Shown here: positions 56,826 through 64,000 of the stretch, in pieces
Layout: every line of letters begins with the position of its first letter
How positions within the stretch are numbered: the stretch's first letter is position 1
NCBI GenBank assembly: GCA_964016885.1
Contig: OZ024741.1
Location: 400,210,001-400,274,000 of the forward strand
Direction: 5' to 3'
Length of the DNA: 64,000 nucleotides
Origin: Eledone cirrhosa
Taxonomy: Eukaryota
Notes under the pieces: generated by a model
Database searches by the model: none
What the model saw: only the letters and a program-made list of their open reading frames with translations
Told to the model about the DNA's origin: nothing
Translations under genes and position numbers: made by a program

Positions 56826-59800
56826 AATCCCAAACTTCAGAGTTGGTACCATAAATGTAGGCACCTTAAAAGGCCGCTCTAACGAGGTTGTAGAAATGCT
56901 TGAACATAAGGAGGTTGATGTTTGCTGTATCCAAGAGACCAGGTGGAGGGGCGGGTCTGCTAGATTCATTGTGGGTAAAGAACGTTGCTATATGCTCTTC
57001 TGGGTGGGAAATGACAATGGGATAGGTGGGGTAGGAATCATGTTGGCAGAAAAATGGGTGGATAAGATAATAGATGTAAATAGAGTAAATGACAGAATAA
57101 TTAAAATAAGACTTGTTCTAAATAGAACTACTGTGACAGTAATATCGGCATACGCGCCCCAATCTGGACTGCCTGGCGCTATAAAAGACAGATTCTATGA
57201 GACACTGATGCTCACTACCTCCCAAATAACCGACAGTGACTATATAATTATTGCTGGTGACCTAAATGGCCACGTTGGTCAACATTGTGACGGCTATGAC
57301 GGAATCCACGGAGGCTATGGGTTTGGTACTAGAAATGAGGAAGGCTCCAGAATCCTGGAATTCTGTGATGCAAATAACCTAACTATCTGTAACACTAACT
57401 TCAAAAAACGAGACAATCACTTGATCACCTACAGATCGGGGGAACATACCAGCCAGGTAGATTATATCCTTACCAGAGGACGTGACAGAGTGTCTGTTGT
57501 AAACACAAAATCCCTCCCCCATGAAGAATGCACCTCTCAACATAGACTGCTAATTAGCGACCTCATAGTCAGGACGAGACGTACTAGACAACAGAAGAGG
57601 ACTATCCTCAGGAGAAAAATATGGAAGTTAAAGGACCCCACAGCCAGAAATAAATTTCAAAGCATGTTACTTGATGCTTTCGACAGTAAGGAAGAGCAAT
57701 TAGAGTCAGATAATATAGAGGAACAGTGGGAATTCCTGAAAGCAAACCTGCTGACGAAATCTGTGGCTGGAGCAGGCCTGTAGGTAGGAGGAGAGTAACA
57801 TGGTGGTGGAACAGTAAGGTGGAGGAGTCAATTAAGGCCAAAAAGCAGGCTTGGAAAGTATGGCGGGATGGGGGAAGTAGAGAAGACTATCAAGTGGCCA
57901 GGAGGGAAGCTAGGAGACAAGTGTACTTCGCAAGAAGAGAAGCAGAGGAAAGAAAGTTCAAGCATGTTCTACAATGTGAGGACCAAAAACGTGAGGTGTT
58001 CAGGATTGCTAGGCAATGTGTCAAGGAAAACCGTGATATTGTCGGGAAGAAGTGTGTACTTAACGATGATGGTGTACTTGCCATCACTGACGCTGATAAG
58101 AAGGTAGCTTAGAAGTGTCACTACAAAAGGCTTCTAAATGAGGAGAATAAATGGGAGAAAGACAGTCTCCCCCACATCGACCCAATAGATGGACCGGCAG
58201 TGTTAGTCGAAGGTAGTATAATAAGTAAGGCAATCAAAGATATGAAGATGGGTAAGGCGGCTGGGCCTTCGGAAATAGTTGCTGAGATGCTGAAAGCCTC
58301 TGGAACGGTGGGACACACCATGGTCACCCGGATAGTAAACCAAGTCATACAGAATGGGGTTGTTCCGAAGGACTGGCGTAGCAGCATCATCATTAACTGT
58401 TACAAGGGTAAAGGAGATGCCATAGATAGGAGTAACTATAGAGGCATTAAATTAATCGACCAGGTCATGAAGGTCACGGAAAAAGTTATAGAGCAACTAA
58501 TCAGAGAGAGAATTGATCTAGATGAAATGCAGTTCGGTTTTGTGTCAGGCAAAAGTACCACAGACGCTCTTTTCATTGTACGACAACTACAGGAGAAGTA
58601 CCTAGCTAAAAGTAAACCCCTATACTTAGCTTTTGTTGACTTGGAGAAAGCGTTCGACAGAGTCCCCCGTTCCATTATCTGGTGGGCTCTTAGAAAACTA
58701 AGAGTTAACGAATGGCTTGTGAGAGCTATACAAGCCATGTATAAAGAAACAGTCAGCAAGGTTAGAATTAACAACGAATATAGTGAAGAGTTTAGTGTAA
58801 AAGTTGGTGTACATCAGGGCTCTGTTCTTAACCCCCTACTATTTATTATTGCCCTTCAGGCTATAACAGTGGAGTTCAAGACCAGCTGCCCATGGGAACT
58901 CCTATACGCAGATGATCTAACGCTCATAGCTGAATCAATGGCCGAGCTAGAGAAGAAATTCCAAACATGGAAGCACAGCCTAGAATGAAAAGGGCTTAAA
59001 ATTAACCTGGCTAAGACTAAGTTCTAGTTTGTAGGAAAGAAAATAAGGCGACGGTCCCTTCCGGGAAATGGCCATGCTCAGTGTGTAGGAAAGGCAAAGG
59101 TAGAAACTCCATTTTATGTCCCAAATGCAAAGTATGGGTACATAAAAGATGTAGTGGGATCACAGGTAAGCTAATTAAGAACATAGATTTTACATGTGGC
59201 CGGTGCTCTGGTGCAATAAGTAGCAGCAAGTGCCCACAAAATACTAGCTCTTTCAATTGCGCAGAGGGTTCTATAGAAATAGTGGACAGCTTCCGTTACC
59301 TGGGTGACAAAATCAGCAGTGGGGAGGGTGCTCTGAAAGTACAGTAGCTAGAGTCAGAACTGGATGGAAAAAGTTCAGAGAGCTTATACCACTATTAGCC
59401 ACTAAAGGGTTCTCCCTAAAAATGAAAGGCAGGTTGTATGATGCCTGCATACGAACAGCAATGTTGCATGGCAGTGAGACCTGGGCATTGTGTGCAGAGG
59501 ATATACGCAGACTAGAGAGGAACGAAGCTTGCATGCTCCGCTGGATGTGTAATAGTAACATACGTGAATGGCAAAGCATAAGCGAACTAAGGAAAAAATT
59601 AGAAATAAGACGGATCATATGTTGTTTACTCGAGAGAAGGTTATGTTGGTATGGTCACGTGATGCGCATGAAAGACGACAGCTGTATAACAAAGTGCAGG
59701 GCAATAAAGATAGACGGTAGCTACGGAGTAGGCAGACCCAGAAAAACCTGGGACGAGCTGATAAATTCCGACCTCACACACTTACACCTCTCCAAAACAA

Positions 59801-60371
59801 TGTCACTGGACCGAGACCTTTGGCGGTACTCAGTAATAGAGAAGACCCGCCTTACCTAAATACAAAGTAAAACTTACTACAGTCAGTAGGCATCGCTAAC
59901 AAAATACACCCCCGTCCCACCACCCCCACCCCATCCACACCACCCCTTTCAATGTAAAGTTATGTTGGTGCCACAACATCCAGGCCGAAACAAATGAGAT
60001 CGTGTAGGTGTCACGACAAAAAAAAAACACACAGTCCACGCTGTAATGTGGCTGTGTAGGCAACACGGTAAAAACCTCCCAGCCCCACACTGTAAATGTG
60101 GTTGGTGTTAGGAAGGGCATCCAGCTGTAGAAAACCCGCCAGACAGTCCACGCTGTAATGTGGCCGTGTAGGCAACACGGTAAAAACCTCCCAGCCCCAC
60201 ACTGTAAATCTGGTTGGTGTTAGGAAGGGCATCCAGCTGTAGAAAACCCGCCAGACAGTCCTATGCGAGCAAGACAATCACTCTTGCCTCAAGTGGGAAA
60301 ACCCCCGTCCAAAACCCATGCAAGCGTGGAACACGGACGTTAAACGATGATGATGATGATGATGATGATGA
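56826..60371 (+). mobile_element. RTE LINE family A, slightly 5'-truncated, disrupted
   Basis: Closely similar to 21087-24385 in the opposite orientation; APE, RT, Cys-rich insert and (GAT)n tail; stops and frameshifts; 112-bp duplication in the 3' UTR. Confidence 0.96.
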
Positions 60372-60412
60372 TACTTCATTAATATATGTATATATATATA
60401 TATATATATATT

Positions 60413-60721
60413 TAAGTTAAAACAATGTAATAAAAAAGCAAGTCATTAGAGATATACTTCACTGCTTTACGATCTATGTAAGGTGAGTTACAAAATATCA
60501 GATAAAGAGAATATTTACTTACATGCATATCACCAGCTGTTTGAAAACAGCTGCTGATATGCATGTAAGTAAATATTCTCTTTATCTGATATTTTGTAAC
60601 TAACCTTACATAGATCAATAACGGAGTCTAGATACAATGTATTATCACCATCTAGAAACGATCGTAAAGCAGTGAAGTATATCTCTAATGACTTGATTTT
60701 TTATTTCATTGTTTTAACTTA
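60413..60721. mobile_element. Head-to-head inverted pLTR-like fragment with decayed hammerhead 3' half
   Basis: Palindrome centred ~60544; 60617-60659 is in the right arm only; TAGAT..ATCTA-GAAA-CGATCG-TA at 60629-60666. Confidence 0.7.
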
Positions 60722-60879
60722 TATCATGACTCTGTTTTCCTTTTAATGTTTTATTGTTTTCCGAGATTTATCTTAACTTACAACATTTTCAACATATGGA
60801 TTACATAGAGTTCTTCATGCAGAATAGACCCCACAACTTACTGTGGATACCTCTGTGTATATATATATATATATATATA

Positions 60880-61330
60880 CTAGCCGAATTATCCGCGGCT
60901 TGCTGTGTTTCACATTTTTTTTGTAAGAAAATGATAATTGATTTTAAATCAGTGATATAATTTATAGAGAAAAACTCTGCATTTCAATATTACTCAATGT
61001 AAAATTGGAAAACATTATTTTTTGTAATATATCAAATCAAAATTACATTATTAAATTATATTTTTATTTTGTTTCGTGTAAATAATTTTTTTAAAAATAT
61101 CAATTGAAAACTTTTGTGAATAGGCATCATATCTTGTCATTTACCTATGGTTTTAATTTCATATAAATCGAAAATAAAATATATATAAATCGAAAATGAA
61201 ATATACTTATCCAAGTACCCTGGGCAATGTAGTTTCAGAATATATATGGTTATGGGGGTCTATCTCCAAAACCATAGGAGAGGTTTGTGAACAAACAAAC
61301 AAACAAACAAACAAACCGACAGGAACTACA

Positions 61331-61340
<10 letters not shown>
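60880..61340 (-). mobile_element. Non-autonomous Helitron-like element
   Basis: Minus strand ends in a GC-rich sub-terminal segment followed by CTAG|T; the 5' part has a (TTTG)n/CTGT tract; second partial copy at 44.8-45.1 kb. Confidence 0.62.
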
Positions 61341-61363
<23 letters not shown>

Positions 61364-61367
<4 letters not shown>

Positions 61368-61824
61368 ATAATGAAAATATTGTGTACAGTGCTCAGGTGC
61401 ACTACAACTCATCAAAAGTGTATGTATAGTACATAGGGTAATGTACAAACGTCAGGAAAATGAACAGTGCATGAGTCATGATGTACACATGTGTGCATGT
61501 GTATGGAAGGGGTACATCAGGTGTAGTTTTGGCGAATTTCGGGAAGCATGAGGGTTTTAAAGGATGCAGTCGGCAGCTAACAACTGACGCAGCCAATTTG
61601 TTCCACACTTCAGCAACTCTAAGCGTGAAAAAATGTTTCCGAAAGTCATGGGAGCTGTGCTGTTTTCTGATTTTGTAGGCATGTCCACGTGTGTTAGACA
61701 CATGGAGATGAAAAAGGTGCTCAGGGTTGTTGTTGGCGAGATGGTTAATAACTTTGTGGGTGTTTACCAAGTCCATTGCCAGACGTCGGAGCTTCAATGA
61801 ATCCATGCCCAGGGAAGCAAGGCG
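61364..61824 (-). mobile_element. CR1-type LINE 3' end
   Basis: RLASLGMDSLKLRRL..TRGHAYKIRKQH..RKHFFTLRVAEVWNKL; 3' UTR ending in (ATT)n. Confidence 0.92.
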
Positions 61825-61910
<86 letters not shown>

Positions 61911-62989
61911 TATATATAAGTGTGTGTGTGTGTACTTTGAAAATAAAACCAAACACTGCTAATTATATCATATTTTAATTTACATATGTTTCATCCTTAA
62001 CACTGAAAGTTCAATAATAGATATGTTCAGAATTAAATAAGATATAAATATCTTAACCAGAACATTCCATCTGAAACTATATATATTCAGGCACAGATAT
62101 ATACAATTTTTCTAATATGCCGTCTGCTAATTCTTTGTGGTGATGCATCAACTCTTGAAACCATCCTGTTAAAACTGGTGACCTTCGACGCGGGAGTATT
62201 TAGGCATGAAATGCTCCTTTACAATATATATATATACATCAACCCAGCATTGTTAAAACTGGTGACCCCGAGAAAAAAAATAATAGGATCTGGTGTTGTG
62301 TGTATATAAAAAAGAGAAAATTAATTAGCAGTATTTCACAAAAGATTTTTTAAACACGAACACGAGGAAATTTCAAAATGGCTACCAACAAGTCCTCCGC
62401 AACTATCAACAATTTGCAACCCGAAAGAAAAAGAAGGAACATGCAGATATACTTTTCGTTGAGACACACTTTCTTCCACCTAACGTGGAATTCGGACACA
62501 AACATTTCTCTGACAAACAACAAAAATTCGGACACAAAATTTCTCCGGCATTCTAGGGCACAAATTTTCTCCGACAAACAACAAAAATTCGAACACACTG
62601 CTCAATTATTTTTTCACTGATGTGCTCTTTCAGCATTTGTTCTTGCTGATTCAATAATCTGTATCGACTTCCGTCTAGGAGGGGAGTATTGTAGTGACCT
62701 ACATTCCGCGGGCTCACATACATTCTCTGTGCGTGATTTAGCTCAGCTCAGCCAATCAGCGCCAGTAGAAGAGGATGTATCCCTACGTGAGTGAGGGAGA
62801 AATTACCCGCGAAGATTTGAAGAATCTCTCTCTTGCACCAGGAACTTCGAACCAGCAACACGTACATGTGACGGTGAGATTTTGCACCTTAGCCTGCCGG
62901 CTTTCTGGCGCAATGGCACATTCCCTTTTGTAACCTCATTTTTATGTGTAACTTCAACCATACAAGTTAACCAATATTATTTGTGCTAC

Positions 62990-63540
62990 AATCTGAGTCC
63001 AAATCCCGCCGAGGTTGACTTTGCCTTTCATCCTTACGGGGTCGATAAAATAAAGTACCAGTAATGAACTGGTTAATTGCTGGCCTTGTGCCTAAAGTAG
63101 AAACAATTATTTGTGCTATAACAAAAATAAACATACATTTCATCTCTAAAATCTGCTGTTGACATCATTATTATGTTACTCGTGTCTCAATAACATTTAT
63201 AATCCATGCTGCTAAAGGGCTCACACATATGAGCAACCAACACAACTCTGATAGCAGTGACTAGGGATGTGGTTCATGAGTCAAGAATGCTGGAAGTCTC
63301 CACTGCTACAGGCTCTACCACAAATCTATCAGAGAGCAGCTGACACTTGAGCAGTTTTCCCTCTTCTGCACCAGGATGCCACTAGAGAAGTATTATTATA
63401 AGGGGATTGGCATTAATCAGTAGAATGTTGGACAATATGCTTTGTGGAATATAGTTATGTCCCTTCATATTCTGCATTCTAATCCCACCGAGGTTAGCTT
63501 TGCCTTTTATCCTTCAAGGTTGACAAATAAAGTACCAGTC
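62990..63540 (+). mobile_element. Meta-domain SINE copies (62990-63110 partial, 63400-63540)
   Basis: Family consensus. Confidence 0.78.
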
Positions 63541-63570
63541 CAATAGTGGGTCAATTTTGCCTCTATTTTA

Positions 63571-63765
63571 CACAGCTTAGTAGTTAGAGCATTGAACATA
63601 TAATCTCGAGGCTGTGAGTTTGATTCCCAGACCAGGTGATGTGTTATGTCCTTGAGCAAGACACTTTATTTCATGTTGCTTTGGTTCACTCAGCTGTAGA
63701 AATGAGTTGCAATGTCACTGGTGCCGAGCTGTAGTGGTCATTGCCTTTCTCTTGGATGACATCAT
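63571..63765 (+). mobile_element. CORE-type SINE, head and core
   Basis: Matches 15275-15405. Confidence 0.8.
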
Positions 63766-63790
63766 ATAGTGTATATATATAGTGTATATA

Positions 63791-63869
<79 letters not shown>

Positions 63870-63947
63870 TGTATATATAGTGTATATATATAGTGTATAT
63901 ATATAGTGCATATATATAGTGTATATATAGTGTGTATATATATATAT

Positions 63948-64000
63948 ATCATCATCATCATCGTCGTTTAATGTCTACCTTCTACGCTAGCATGGGTTTA
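63948..64000 (-). mobile_element. RTE-type 3' tail (LINE or SINE), cut by window end
   Basis: (CAT)n CGTTTAATGTC..GCTAGCATGGGTT is the reverse complement of the family A tail. Confidence 0.7.

Overview
Repeat-dense animal genomic DNA. Long (AT)n/(AC)n tracts, tRNA-derived Meta-domain and CORE SINEs, and RTE, CR1 and Penelope retroelements suggest an octopus or other cephalopod (inference). No intact host gene is visible; there are only two phase-compatible candidate exons (46450-46497, 56639-56795). Tandem arrays: a 72-bp satellite grading into a 38-bp deletion derivative, a 73-bp minisatellite, and a 9-kb 61-bp satellite built from the 3' coding end of a CR1 LINE. Degraded mobile elements: an R4/Dong-type LINE in (TATG)n, a near full-length Tx1/L1-type LINE in (TCTA)n, two RTE families, CR1 fragments, Neptune- and Nematis-type Penelope-like elements, a deleted mariner and a non-autonomous Helitron. 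The most striking unannotated signal is about 11 type I hammerhead-ribozyme folds from about six sequence families, plus degenerate remnants. They lie in tandem or head-to-head Penelope pLTR/retrozyme-like units, mostly embedded in (AT)n. One family has a conserved non-canonical CAGAAGA core, and in two palindromes one arm has lost the ribozyme core. All calls were made by eye; coordinates are approximate to a few bases and no database search or folding program was run.
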